31,923 nt of DNA from the IMG/VR virus record IMGVR_UViG_3300027367_000006, positions 1 through 31,923 of that record; one strand, 5' to 3'. A model generated the notes under the pieces. The model saw only the letters and a program-made list of their open reading frames with translations. It ran no database searches and was not told where the DNA came from. Below are positions 14,558 to 25,226 of the stretch, piece after piece. The position numbers and the translations under genes are program-made. Each line of letters starts with the position of its first letter. Positions within the stretch are counted from its first letter, which is position 1. This stretch comes from a virus. Lineage: Duplodnaviria; Caudoviricetes.

Positions 14558-17391
14558 TAGTTTACAGAGCCTCCTTTTTGTATGTCCTCTGTTATTTCTG
14601 AGAATGTTTCTTGAGAAAGTTCTTGTACCTTACCCATACGTCTAATACCTTGCACTTGACTAGAAGGGTAGGAAGAAACATTTACCTCATTAGATTGGTT
14701 TCCCCCTAACATTAAAATGTGGGGTGCTACTGTTGCGTCCCTACCTAAAAGGCTCTTGAATGTCTCAGAATCCATCAGTCCTGTATCCTGTAATCCTTCA
14801 GCCTTTTGAAATTTCTTTAAGGCTGAAATAGTTTCAGAACCAAAATCCCCGTCTGCTCCAAACTTAGGAAGGTTATACCCTTTAGTCATAAGGGCATTTT
14901 GAAATTCAGCTATACCCACCTTTCCCCCTAGGTCTACAAGTTCCTCTGTACCTACAAAGAAACCAACGTGGTATTGCTTCCCCGTCTTTTTTACAACAAT
15001 ATCTCCAGATTCTGCGTCTTGAATGTTGACAGAACTTCCAATATTTAGGTACTTTCTTGCCCTAACCCTGTCGTACCTATCTGATGAAGCCACACGAGGT
15101 AAACCTAGGTTAGTTAAAACATGATCTACAAAAGTCCCACACCAAGCCCTTGATCCTTGAGATACAGACGTGTCGCCCTTTCCAGATGTAGCAAACTTTT
15201 GAGTTTTCCCAAGAGAGTTGTTAAAGAAACCAACAATAGTTGACTGAGTGGTAAGGTCTTTCTCGTCTAGTCCTATAAAACCTTGGTCATAAATGTACTG
15301 TACTGGATTTTGGGTTAATACTTCTGGCACTTCTGTTTCTGTCGTAATAATTTCTAAAGCCGCAGCAGTGTTTGGTGCATCTTCTACTTTATCTAATACT
15401 TCTGGAGTTATAGTAGAGTTACCATCTGAATCAAGAGGTGTTACTACAATCTCTTCGTCAGGTTCTCTAGGTGTAGCTTCAGCATTAGACTCAAAGTCAA
15501 TATCTTCTAATGGTACTCCTATAAAATCTTCATTGATAGCTGCAGTTACATCCGCATTCTGATCAGGTGTTAGGTTATTGTTGGTATCTACTGGAGCTGC
15601 GTCATCCTCTTGACGAGTAAGTAACATAGATTCCATTGCAGATGGGTCACCACCTAACCTACGCCAATAGTTAGCATATGTCTTGAACTGGTCGTTAGCT
15701 CGTGTAATCTCTGAGTAGTTTCTACCTAGAGCCTCAACACCCCAACCTTTACCACGTAACTCTGTTCGTTCACCCGTTGACAAAGCCCTACCACTATCTT
15801 TAATCATGCGGTAGATATTACCACCGTAATACTTATCAGCTTTATCTTGGAATAAACCACCAGCCCACTCTGAAGGACTTGTAGTTTTCTCAGCTTTCAG
15901 TTTAACCTCACCAATACCTGTCAATTCAAATACTGTACTCTCTACAATACCTTTCATTGTGGTAGCAAAGATATTAGACTGAGACTGTAGTGCATCCTTT
16001 AACTGGTTGACAGCAAGGGTATGGCCTTCAGGGTCTAACTTCTTGACAATATTTAGTTTGTCAAATACATCGTTGGCATATAATACATCCATTGTTTCTT
16101 TACTTAAGAGTTTGTTTGATGTACTGACGTTAACTGTAGCTTGACCAACACCATTCAAGAATGAATCTCTATGCTCAGGTTGGTTAAGGTTCACAGGTTC
16201 TGTTAACTTCACCTTAAAATCAAAAGCATTGTTTATTGCATTTAATCTGTCTTTGTCACTACGGTCTGTGGCTATTTCCAATTCTTCATTGTTGTGTAGT
16301 ATGACAGCTGCACCAACTTCAGGTTCATCTAAACCGAATACATTTAAGTTAGTGTACACTGTGTCTTTAGTTTCTGTCTTTTCTAAAGTCTTTAAGATTT
16401 CAGGCCATTTACCAGCAACATAACTAGACCAATCAACTTTATCTGACAATAAAGCTTGAGCTAATTGAGGGTCTGTTTTACCTAACACTTTAGCTTGCTT
16501 TAGAAGGGCTGCAGATATTGGCTCCATTGCTGCCATAGTTTCAGCTGTAAGCATATCTTTGTCATACGTTTCAAGACGACCCAGAAGAGAATCTAATGTG
16601 TCAATCTGTGATTTAACAGGGGAGAACTCATCGGCTGTTATGTTGAGTGGTCTTGTAAGTTGGGACTTAGCTATATCAAAGCTAGTTCTTAGTTGAACCA
16701 TAGACTCAGGGCTGACATCACCACCAGCTATTTCAGCTTGTAGACCTACTAAAGCTATTGCTCTAATGTTCTGTAGTATTTTGTTAGCATGAGGCATATA
16801 TGACTCTTGGAATTCCATCTTGTCTATGTTAGATGCTGACGTTATATATAATGCCGCAGCTTCAGAAGTCTTCATATCATTTAAGGCTATAGTAGCTACA
16901 TCTTGACTCGTGAAAGGTTTACCTGATTGACTTAACTTTTGTTCAGCTAGGAACATATATGCAGGGTTTTCTATTAACTGTTTGTTAGCTGCCTCAGCTG
17001 CTGCCATAGCAGGGTTAAAGGTTAGAGAACTTATGTCAACACCTGTACGCCTAAATACAGCATCAGCCTCACCGTCACCTAATTGAAAACCTAAAGATTC
17101 ATATGAGGATACAGCTGAGTTAATACCAGCCTTAAGACGTGTTGGGTCTGTTACACCTTTAAGCTTGTCTAGCTGTGTGACAAAATTAGCAAAACCAGCT
17201 TTATTCAAGGAAGCTTCTGTAGGTTTACCTCTAGTTTGTGCTTTGGAATATGCATCCATAGCACCAAACAAACCTTTTGTCAGGTTAGCCATGCCTTGAG
17301 CTGCAGCTGCTGAAGCACTGGCACTAGGTGCATTGACACCCTTCTCATAGGCTGTACCTTCGTCACCTAAATCCATAGCAAAACCTGCCAT
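14557..17391 (-). CDS. Internal virion (ejection) protein with C-terminal NlpC/P60-like peptidoglycan hydrolase and PG-binding domain
   Basis: 944 aa; AWCGTFV, GDIVV, HVGFFVG, LGGNQ (TIGR02594-like) and ADGDFGSETISALKKFQ (PG_binding_1). Confidence 0.8.
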   Translation of the reverse strand: MAGFAMDLGDEGTAYEKGVNAPSASASAAAAQGMANLTKGLFGAMDAYSKAQTRGKPTEASLNKAGFANFVTQLDKLKGVTDPTRLKAGINSAVSSYESLGFQLGDGEADAVFRRTGVDISSLTFNPAMAAAEAANKQLIENPAYMFLAEQKLSQSGKPFTSQDVATIALNDMKTSEAAALYITSASNIDKMEFQESYMPHANKILQNIRAIALVGLQAEIAGGDVSPESMVQLRTSFDIAKSQLTRPLNITADEFSPVKSQIDTLDSLLGRLETYDKDMLTAETMAAMEPISAALLKQAKVLGKTDPQLAQALLSDKVDWSSYVAGKWPEILKTLEKTETKDTVYTNLNVFGLDEPEVGAAVILHNNEELEIATDRSDKDRLNAINNAFDFKVKLTEPVNLNQPEHRDSFLNGVGQATVNVSTSNKLLSKETMDVLYANDVFDKLNIVKKLDPEGHTLAVNQLKDALQSQSNIFATTMKGIVESTVFELTGIGEVKLKAEKTTSPSEWAGGLFQDKADKYYGGNIYRMIKDSGRALSTGERTELRGKGWGVEALGRNYSEITRANDQFKTYANYWRRLGGDPSAMESMLLTRQEDDAAPVDTNNNLTPDQNADVTAAINEDFIGVPLEDIDFESNAEATPREPDEEIVVTPLDSDGNSTITPEVLDKVEDAPNTAAALEIITTETEVPEVLTQNPVQYIYDQGFIGLDEKDLTTQSTIVGFFNNSLGKTQKFATSGKGDTSVSQGSRAWCGTFVDHVLTNLGLPRVASSDRYDRVRARKYLNIGSSVNIQDAESGDIVVKKTGKQYHVGFFVGTEELVDLGGKVGIAEFQNALMTKGYNLPKFGADGDFGSETISALKKFQKAEGLQDTGLMDSETFKSLLGRDATVAPHILMLGGNQSNEVNVSSYPSSQVQGIRRMGKVQELSQETFSEITEDIQKGGSVN

Positions 17392-17403
17392 AATTACATA
17401 TCC

Positions 17404-20400
17404 TTATTTTTGTTGTTGTTGGAAAACCTGTGCATCAAACTCAAGACCTAATCTTGTAGCATTTTTTATCATGTCAGGGAAGGTTTCACCTCGTGCAAGT
17501 CTCTTCTGAATCTGTACTTTTATCTGATTCGAGAAGGGTTGTGCCCAAAGCTCATCGTTTATCTCGTAGAAGAGTTTCTCACCTTTTAGCATATCATCTT
17601 TATTGCCCTCTGTCAAGAGCCTTATGGCATAATCAGACTTAGCCCTCATTCTTTTCTCGAAATCACGTACAACTTTAGTCTCTTTGTAGATCATTTCGTT
17701 TAAATCATAGAAGTTTTGTACAGGTGCTGGTGTCGCACCGAATAATACTGCAGCCCAAGTTATAGGGTCTAGGTCACCTACTGACAGCTTACGTGTACGG
17801 CTACGATAATTACCTGTTTCAATCAGTTCTTTTATCTTGACTGCTTTATCTGCAGTAGAAATGTTACGTACTAACTGTGTCAAATCCTCACGAGCTAGTT
17901 CACCTTGCCCTTTGAACATAGCAGAAAAGGCTGATGTAGCTACTTTGTACATGTCTCTTGCAATCTCACCAGATGGTCCAGTAAGTACTGTCATAAACTC
18001 ATCATCAAAAAGTTTACGGTACGTGTCTACAAGCTGATCTACAGGAGCTACACGAGTAGCATATGCTGTTTCAGTCCCTAATAGCTCAGACAGTAAGGCA
18101 TCAACAGCACCATACTTAATACGGTTAAACATCTTGACAGTCTCAGGGTCTTGAGGGTCATACCCAAGTTTCTCTGTGACGTAACCTGCAGATTTACCTA
18201 AGCCTAAACCTGTTAACCCGAACATCGGCCCCATTGCAGCAAACATGCGTATACGTTCACCAGCTGTAAAGTTACGACCAACTGTAATATTTTCTAATGC
18301 TCGTAAAGAAAACGATAACCACTGTGTTGGTACTCTCATTGGTCCTGACTGTGCAAAACTACGTGATGATGTAGTCATACGGAATGACAAATCTTGTTCA
18401 CGGTTAGTAATCCAGAGTTTACCCTCAGGTGACAGTGGGTCAATTAATGGGCGTTTAGCTCTATGCTCTAGGAAAGCTGTAGTAAGAGCTGACATACGTG
18501 TAGCTCGTTCACCTTCCTTAAAGAATATAGTTGACTTGTCTAAGAACTTATTAGCATTATCTACAGCTTTACCTGTAAGAGTACTTGCAGCACCAAACTT
18601 CTGTGCTTGCTGAAGTTCTAAGATTTGTGTGTCAATAATGTTACGACCACTCTCATCAATGTACTGGATTAAACCCTTAAGTTCTGTCTCATCCATTAAA
18701 CCTGCTTTGCTTAAACGTTTAATAGCTAAGTCACGGGCTGGTCCAACTGGTAGTTTAGTAATAATCAACATAGGTGCTGTTAGACCTAGGGCTTTACTGC
18801 CTTGTACTGGTGATACAGCTGCTATTGTTAATGCATGTAGTGACTGTAAAAAGAATTGGTCAGGGTTAAGGAAACCAAACTTAGAGTAGAACCCAACCTT
18901 CATAAGAGTAGACGATGGGTCAGTCTTAGCTAGATCGACCTTCATACCTGATTTCTCGAAAACATTCTCAGCTACTGAGTTACTAAAGGATTCCCACTTG
19001 TCACTTAACCATGTTGGTTGGTTGAGCCTACGTTTAATAACATCTTGTTGTTCACGTAACTGTGCTGCTGTGTCATTAAACTTACCTGTCTTAGTTACCT
19101 TAGCCCCTAAGAAACGATTAAGGAAATCACTCTCTGGAATACCTTTAGGGAACTCTACAATGTTAGGGTTGTTGTTAGCTAACTTAGTCCAACCTACAAT
19201 AGCATTCTGTGATGCTGCACGGTTAGTATACCCGAACACCTCAGAACCGAACTGGTCTGCTATAGCTGATACAGGGCTTGCGTTGACAGCTTCCTTACCA
19301 CCAAACTCAAACAATGGTGTGTCACCACGTTTAGTGTTTAGGCGAGTACCTACAACTTCACCGTAAGTAGAACCAGATAGAGATATATCCTCACCTTGGT
19401 CAACTATACTTACCTTCTCATCACGAGCTTTTGCTACAAACTCTTCTCTAAACTTAAAGTTGTACTTTGTACCTAAAGCAACTAAGTCTTCGTAGTCAAC
19501 TATGTGTTTATTCCAAGAATTATTCTGTCTGATTACATCACCTAGGTCATCATACTCAGGTTTAGATAAGGCAAGCTTACCTATATCGTCAACACCTTGA
19601 GTATCCATAAGTGCTTTAACTTTACGGGTGATGTTGTTTATTTGTAAGACAGCTAACTGTGCTTGCTCTTTACCGAAAGAACCTAACAGTGTCTTAAATC
19701 CACCACTAATCTTGTTACCTGACACCAAGGTTTGTTCCTTAGTTGTACCAACAAACCAACGGAACTCAGCATTTGTACGAGGACCACCTACGTTGTAAGG
19801 CATAACATCCACACGTTCTAGTGCACGAGTAGACTTGACGTTAGTGACAAACAAATGATCCATATATGTACTAGGAACTTTAAATACGATTTGGTCTGGA
19901 TTTAGTTCTGCTTTACGAATGCTACGTCCTGTAGCAAAGTCTAATACTAATTCGTCATCTGGTAGTTTTACTCTTACATTGTCAACACGGTAAACAATAT
20001 CTGCAAAGTCATCTGTAAACTCAGCATATACACCACCCTCAGCTACAACTTTCTTAAGGCGATCACTTGATCTGATCTGCCAAGATGTATCACTGATGTC
20101 AATTATAGCATCATAAGCTTCTAAGGTTTGTTTGGATGGGGTACTACCGTACATAGTCTTGTACAATGCTTCAAAGCTTTCCTTAGTAGGAGCTTTACGT
20201 AAGTATGACAACTCACCATCTCTTAGTTGTGTCATAAAGTCACTTAGGTTCGTTCTCTCAGAACCCTTAACTTTGTTAATAATCTTCTGGTATGGTTTAA
20301 CTAGGTCACCTACTAAAGCTTGACCAGCTTCAGCTTGCATAAACTTACCACCAATCTTCTCACCTAGACGAACAGTAGCTGGACCAAACATTTTATTAAT

Positions 20401-21852
20401 TGAGTCACCAATAATACCACCCTTGTCAAACCTATCAGCTGCCTCAGGTAATTTAAGTATGTCTACTCGTTGTTCAGCTTCTATGAAGTAACCGTTACCC
20501 TCTTCTCTCTTGACAACCTTAAGACTTGGGTCACCCTCAGCTATAGCTTCAGCATCTCGTTTCAAACGGAAAGGAGCACCTGAGCCATTCTTACCCATAC
20601 GAACCACAACCTTGTAGTCGTCTGATCCTTCGTCAAAGATTTTACGGCTGTTAACAACCACATCATTTGTACGGTTAGCTATATTAACAGCAATATCATC
20701 AGCTGCTTTGGCTATTGTTGATGCTGATACATACTCACCGAAAGAACCTCGACGGTTCATCTCTTCAATCTTTTCCATCAAGACTGTCTTACGGTTGTTC
20801 TGACGTAAGGTGACACCTGAGGGACGTGCTGATGGTCCTTGTACTGGGTCTAGTTCTTCAGGTAGGTTACGCCCTGCAGCTATCTCATCGACCTGTATAC
20901 CCATGTCATCGACTGACTTAGATAGTACATTAGCTGCTGGTACTTCACCTTTAATGACAGCAACAGCATCTACAGGTCTACGTACTTTTGTCAGAGACAA
21001 TAGCTTGTTTGCTGTAGTTGAGTTCTTACCAGCTTTGAGTGCTGTTGCAAGTGTTGTAGCACCTTTAAGATAACCTAAGGTAGCTATGTCAGCTACACCA
21101 AATACAGCATTAGCTCCAGCCATAGGATCATTACCTACGTATAGAGCATCGTTAGCTGACTTGTGTAAGTTCCATATAGAGTCAGTAGAGAAGATACCCT
21201 CACTCTTACGTTCCTTTACATACTCCTTAGCCCACTCCTCAAACTCACTAGGTTTAAGGCTTGTGAATGCCTCTCGTATGTCAACACCCTCACGATTAGA
21301 ACGGAAGGTAACATTCTCGAAAGCACCTATTGTAATCTCACGTAAGATGTTAACGTCTAAGAATGTTAGAGCCTTAGATAAACCTGACTGATCGTTATCC
21401 TCTATCTCTCTTTGGATAAGACGATTCCATGTTTCCATGTTGGTGAGGGTACGAGCACCGTAAGGATTAATATCGTTGTCAGATAACATAAGGTTCTGCA
21501 TGAGCATATACTCAGGTAAACCCATGTCCTCACCTTTGTCTTTACGGTTCTGGATTACTTCTGCAATGTCTTCAGGTTTTAGTCCATCGTTGTAGGCTTG
21601 GTCTATTGACAAATTATAGTCGAACTCACCACCTTCTGTCTTTACCACAGACGTATGGTTGGTGTCACCGTTAGCACGAGCCTCACGGATTTCATTCTCG
21701 TCACCATCTATTGCAATAGCTAACTCTTGAGCTTTAATAGTTTCAACTTCAGATAGTGGGTTAAACACTTCTGTTTCATTTTCTTCCTCTAGTTGTTGAG
21801 ATAATGTTTGAGAGTTGAAAATAGAATCTTCAAGAGTCAAGATGTTAGCCAT
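17404..21852 (-). CDS. Large internal virion protein, 1482 aa
   Basis: Size, helical composition and position after nozzle/GNAT/small internal protein as in T7-like podoviruses; no catalytic motif recognised. Confidence 0.7.
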   Translation of the reverse strand: MANILTLEDSIFNSQTLSQQLEEENETEVFNPLSEVETIKAQELAIAIDGDENEIREARANGDTNHTSVVKTEGGEFDYNLSIDQAYNDGLKPEDIAEVIQNRKDKGEDMGLPEYMLMQNLMLSDNDINPYGARTLTNMETWNRLIQREIEDNDQSGLSKALTFLDVNILREITIGAFENVTFRSNREGVDIREAFTSLKPSEFEEWAKEYVKERKSEGIFSTDSIWNLHKSANDALYVGNDPMAGANAVFGVADIATLGYLKGATTLATALKAGKNSTTANKLLSLTKVRRPVDAVAVIKGEVPAANVLSKSVDDMGIQVDEIAAGRNLPEELDPVQGPSARPSGVTLRQNNRKTVLMEKIEEMNRRGSFGEYVSASTIAKAADDIAVNIANRTNDVVVNSRKIFDEGSDDYKVVVRMGKNGSGAPFRLKRDAEAIAEGDPSLKVVKREEGNGYFIEAEQRVDILKLPEAADRFDKGGIIGDSINKMFGPATVRLGEKIGGKFMQAEAGQALVGDLVKPYQKIINKVKGSERTNLSDFMTQLRDGELSYLRKAPTKESFEALYKTMYGSTPSKQTLEAYDAIIDISDTSWQIRSSDRLKKVVAEGGVYAEFTDDFADIVYRVDNVRVKLPDDELVLDFATGRSIRKAELNPDQIVFKVPSTYMDHLFVTNVKSTRALERVDVMPYNVGGPRTNAEFRWFVGTTKEQTLVSGNKISGGFKTLLGSFGKEQAQLAVLQINNITRKVKALMDTQGVDDIGKLALSKPEYDDLGDVIRQNNSWNKHIVDYEDLVALGTKYNFKFREEFVAKARDEKVSIVDQGEDISLSGSTYGEVVGTRLNTKRGDTPLFEFGGKEAVNASPVSAIADQFGSEVFGYTNRAASQNAIVGWTKLANNNPNIVEFPKGIPESDFLNRFLGAKVTKTGKFNDTAAQLREQQDVIKRRLNQPTWLSDKWESFSNSVAENVFEKSGMKVDLAKTDPSSTLMKVGFYSKFGFLNPDQFFLQSLHALTIAAVSPVQGSKALGLTAPMLIITKLPVGPARDLAIKRLSKAGLMDETELKGLIQYIDESGRNIIDTQILELQQAQKFGAASTLTGKAVDNANKFLDKSTIFFKEGERATRMSALTTAFLEHRAKRPLIDPLSPEGKLWITNREQDLSFRMTTSSRSFAQSGPMRVPTQWLSFSLRALENITVGRNFTAGERIRMFAAMGPMFGLTGLGLGKSAGYVTEKLGYDPQDPETVKMFNRIKYGAVDALLSELLGTETAYATRVAPVDQLVDTYRKLFDDEFMTVLTGPSGEIARDMYKVATSAFSAMFKGQGELAREDLTQLVRNISTADKAVKIKELIETGNYRSRTRKLSVGDLDPITWAAVLFGATPAPVQNFYDLNEMIYKETKVVRDFEKRMRAKSDYAIRLLTEGNKDDMLKGEKLFYEINDELWAQPFSNQIKVQIQKRLARGETFPDMIKNATRLGLEFDAQVFQQQQK

Positions 21853-21859
21853 AATTTAG

Positions 21860-22387
21860 TTACCCTGCTGTTGATGATGTAATATAGTCACTTCCAGTAC
21901 CAAAAGTTTTTTCACCTGCACTTAAAGAAGGTGGTCTTGAACCAATGTTACTAAAACCAAATTGAGCTACTTGCATACCAATGTTTGATATAGCTCCATA
22001 TCTTTGGGATGCTGCTGTTTGTTGTGCAGCAAGACCTGACAACCCAGTAAACTGCTGACCTAACCCACTCATCATAGAACCAAAACCTAGGTTAGAACCA
22101 AGCTGAGATGACAAAGATGATATGCCGCCTTGGAATCCTGATGATGTTGCTACACCACGGCCTTGTGCAGATTGTTGTCCTCTTGCTCTAGCTATGATAC
22201 TAGAACGTACAGCACTTCTACGTTGACGAGTGGCTGTTTGTTGTTGTTGCTGGATTTGAACTTGAGTAGCTTGTTGTGAAGCTTGTGCAGCTTGTTTAGC
22301 AGCTTTTGCTTGTTTCTGAGCACCTACTACTGCTACACCAGTACCTACAACTGCTGCCCCTATTGCTATGGTCGTTAATGCTGCCAT
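21860..22387 (-). CDS. Small internal virion protein (T7 gp14-like)
   Basis: Hydrophobic Ala/Gly N-terminus then Gln/Ala-rich helix; GGAG RBS; synteny. Confidence 0.7.
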   Translation of the reverse strand: MAALTTIAIGAAVVGTGVAVVGAQKQAKAAKQAAQASQQATQVQIQQQQQTATRQRRSAVRSSIIARARGQQSAQGRGVATSSGFQGGISSLSSQLGSNLGFGSMMSGLGQQFTGLSGLAAQQTAASQRYGAISNIGMQVAQFGFSNIGSRPPSLSAGEKTFGTGSDYITSSTAG

Positions 22388-22388
22388 T

Positions 22389-22835
22389 CTAAATCTCCTT
22401 TATGTACACGGACTCAGCCTTTTTATAGCCCATCCTAGTGTATAGATGTTCTAGGTTAGAGATACCTTCAATATCTCCCATACCTATTTGATTTGCGCCT
22501 TTGTCAATAGACCATTTTTCAAAAGCTTTTACTAATCTAATGGAGCTTGGTTTACCTCTATATTCTTTTGTAATAAACCATGCAAGTTCAGTAGATTGAA
22601 CTTTGTGTGACATGTAAACTTCAATAACAAAACCTAGTATTGAACCTACAATTTCACCGTCTACTTCTAATACAAACAAAACCATGTTGTCGTTCAGTAA
22701 GGCTGAATTAAGGAATGCTTCTGTTTTATTCTTGTCCCAAGTATGTGTGCTGGGTGCTTCTTTAGAAAACTCTTTGGCTAGTATTAGAACATCAAAGATG
22801 TCTTCTTCTGTTGCTTCTCTAATTATAGTTGACAT
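22389..22835 (-). CDS. GNAT-family acetyltransferase-like protein in the tail module
   Basis: IIREATEED, WFITKEYRG, LYTRMGY GNAT motifs. Confidence 0.8.
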   Translation of the reverse strand: MSTIIREATEEDIFDVLILAKEFSKEAPSTHTWDKNKTEAFLNSALLNDNMVLFVLEVDGEIVGSILGFVIEVYMSHKVQSTELAWFITKEYRGKPSSIRLVKAFEKWSIDKGANQIGMGDIEGISNLEHLYTRMGYKKAESVYIKEI

Positions 22836-24949
22836 TAAAACCTATTGTTTCTACCTTGTACCAGACCCCAACCTAAAAGAATAAAGTCTTTGCCTTGTTC
22901 ACTCTCATACTTGATACGTACAGAACGACCATGACCTCTTACTTTAAGTCTAGTTGTAATAACATCCTCAGGGTAATTAAAGGTTGCTAGATTGTCAGGG
23001 TCTACAACTACAGGGTGCTTCAGTCTGTATGCCTGTTGACCAGCACCAAAGTTAGAGTTGAAGTCCCATGCTGTTGACACAAGCAATGAGGATGGTCTGA
23101 TTGATTCATACCCTGCTTGTTCACTACCAGTAAAACCTTCTTCTGTCAACCTAGAGTAAACTGCAATGTAGGGTGTATTCTTCTTAGCTATCAGGTCACC
23201 AACAAAGTCATACCCTGTCTCAGCAAAGGATGAGTAGTTAATACTACCCCAATCTAAGAAGTTAGTATCTGAGAATGTACCCATTGTAAGTTTGTTAGTA
23301 GCACCATCTCTTATAAGTAGAACAAGGGCTGGGTCACCAGTTGTAAAATCTGACACCTGAGTAGATATAACTTCGTCACCTGCGGATGTAACAACGTTAT
23401 CACCCAATGAGGTAATGACATCTAAACCAAGTTCAGCTGCGCCAAACCCTGAGTAGAATGATAGGGCTACAACAGCATCTGAGTTAGAGGCTTCATCTGC
23501 TATTTTCCAAGGGTAGAAAGCCTGTAGTGTAAGGTCTAAGATAAGTATGTTGTTTAACTTAGCCTCTACAGTTTCCTCATTGTCAGGATATGCCCAATAT
23601 ATTTTCTTGTTTATATTGTCATATACACTTGTGACTTTAGACTTAGCTTCTGTAGAAATCTTATCCCAAAAGGATTGTATTGTTGGTATGGTTATATTCT
23701 GTTCTGAACCCTGACCTGATACTTCGTCAATGTTTAGTGTATGAATACCAAAACGTGACCACCAGAAAGGTAAGCCTTCAGCTTGAATAAATGTTTGTGG
23801 ATTAAGTAAACCTATGTTAGACACACGGTTAACACCGTAAGCTGTGGCTGAGAAGATACCATCAACACCTGTAATCTGCCACACACCGTTCTCCGCAAAG
23901 ATAAACAATGATGAACGAAAAGGATATAGAAGCTGTATGTTAACAGCATCTGGTATGTTTAGAACACCACCGTCAGTATCTAACAGGTCTGACAAATACT
24001 CAGCTGTTGGATCGTTCTGTTGGTGACAATTACCTAAGTCCTCTGTGTCTTCTACAAGACGAGAGAACAGGATTGTACCTGCATGTTTAGCACTTGTTAG
24101 ACCTGCATAGAACACTCGACCTGAGAATGATGCAACGGATTTAAAACGAGATGATTCTGTTTCAGTAGCTAGACCACTACGTACTTTACTAAAGAAGTCT
24201 AGTATGAAGTGACCATTACCAGTTAAGGTTGTACCAGCAAATACCTTATCCCATTCAGCTTCGTCGTAGTTACCGTCTTGATCCTTACCTGCATACCAAG
24301 GGTGTGTCAGAGGCTTAGTGAAATCAGATGGACCACCACTCTGTCCCCACCCTGTATTCTTAGCATCGTATGTACGAGCTGCAGATGGTGAGTTGTCTTC
24401 TGTGCTATAAGTATCTGTGTCACCCTGCCAATCGAAGTCCCTGACCTTAAACGATATGGATGATACTGATATACTAGAACCATTGTATGACACAACAATA
24501 GTATTGATACCAGCTGAGGATACTACAAGGTTACCGTTAATACTAGCAAACTGACAGTTAGAGTTGTTAGCACCTGATGAACCTGAGAACTCATAAGAAG
24601 ATAAGTTAACAGTACCACCCTGTATCTGTGCTGAGTACGGTAGTTCAGCTTTATTATAAAAATATAAAGTGTTGCCTTTTTGCACCACTAAGAACTCAAG
24701 AGCTGCGTTACCACCAACGTTTACCCAGTTACCTGTGTTAACTCTTTCGGAGTCACTGATGGTAAAGGATGACAGAACATTGTTACTCTCTAGAGCTACA
24801 CCTTGTCGCCTACGCCGTGAACCATCACGTCGAAGATCACAGTTCAACTCATTAACAGAAGCACCTTCTGGAAACGTTAACTCAGCAGCCTCAGTGATAA
24901 GACCTTTGACAAAGTTGTTAACTGTCTTTTGTGTTAAGCTTTGGGCCAT
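22835..24949 (-). CDS. Tail tubular protein B / nozzle
   Basis: 704 aa beta-rich; NNFVKGLITE, FSGRVFYAG, RLKVRGHGR; synteny. Confidence 0.78.
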   Translation of the reverse strand: MAQSLTQKTVNNFVKGLITEAAELTFPEGASVNELNCDLRRDGSRRRRQGVALESNNVLSSFTISDSERVNTGNWVNVGGNAALEFLVVQKGNTLYFYNKAELPYSAQIQGGTVNLSSYEFSGSSGANNSNCQFASINGNLVVSSAGINTIVVSYNGSSISVSSISFKVRDFDWQGDTDTYSTEDNSPSAARTYDAKNTGWGQSGGPSDFTKPLTHPWYAGKDQDGNYDEAEWDKVFAGTTLTGNGHFILDFFSKVRSGLATETESSRFKSVASFSGRVFYAGLTSAKHAGTILFSRLVEDTEDLGNCHQQNDPTAEYLSDLLDTDGGVLNIPDAVNIQLLYPFRSSLFIFAENGVWQITGVDGIFSATAYGVNRVSNIGLLNPQTFIQAEGLPFWWSRFGIHTLNIDEVSGQGSEQNITIPTIQSFWDKISTEAKSKVTSVYDNINKKIYWAYPDNEETVEAKLNNILILDLTLQAFYPWKIADEASNSDAVVALSFYSGFGAAELGLDVITSLGDNVVTSAGDEVISTQVSDFTTGDPALVLLIRDGATNKLTMGTFSDTNFLDWGSINYSSFAETGYDFVGDLIAKKNTPYIAVYSRLTEEGFTGSEQAGYESIRPSSLLVSTAWDFNSNFGAGQQAYRLKHPVVVDPDNLATFNYPEDVITTRLKVRGHGRSVRIKYESEQGKDFILLGWGLVQGRNNRF

Positions 24950-25226
24950 TCTCTACCGCCTTGCGTTGTTGTCTCTCTTTGCTGAAGTTCTCTCTCCGAA
25001 CTGCCTGAGTCTCTCTTTTATTACTCAAGTACTTCGTGACAGCTTTCTTAGCTTCAGCTATGGATGAGTATCTACCGTTTAACTGGTGAGGTACTGTACC
25101 TACTTCTACTTTGACAATGAAGAATATAAATCCACCTAGTTCTTTTTCGATAATAAGGTTGGTTGCCATCTTATCTGACTTACAGACACACCTTTGGTTA
25201 GATGTATCTTCAATGAACTCTAACAT
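24918..25226 (-). CDS. Hypothetical protein, 102 aa
   Basis: GGGAG RBS, TAATG coupling; VPHQLNGRYSS motif. Confidence 0.7.
   Translation of the reverse strand: MLEFIEDTSNQRCVCKSDKMATNLIIEKELGGFIFFIVKVEVGTVPHQLNGRYSSIAEAKKAVTKYLSNKRETQAVRRENFSKERQQRKAVENGPKLNTKDS

Noticed and set aside
17837-21391. Several + strand ORFs of 60-122 aa inside the 1482-aa gene
   Set aside because: Antisense in-register shadows with no RBS or recognisable motifs; the same applies to those inside primase, nrdJ, nozzle, capsid and portal.
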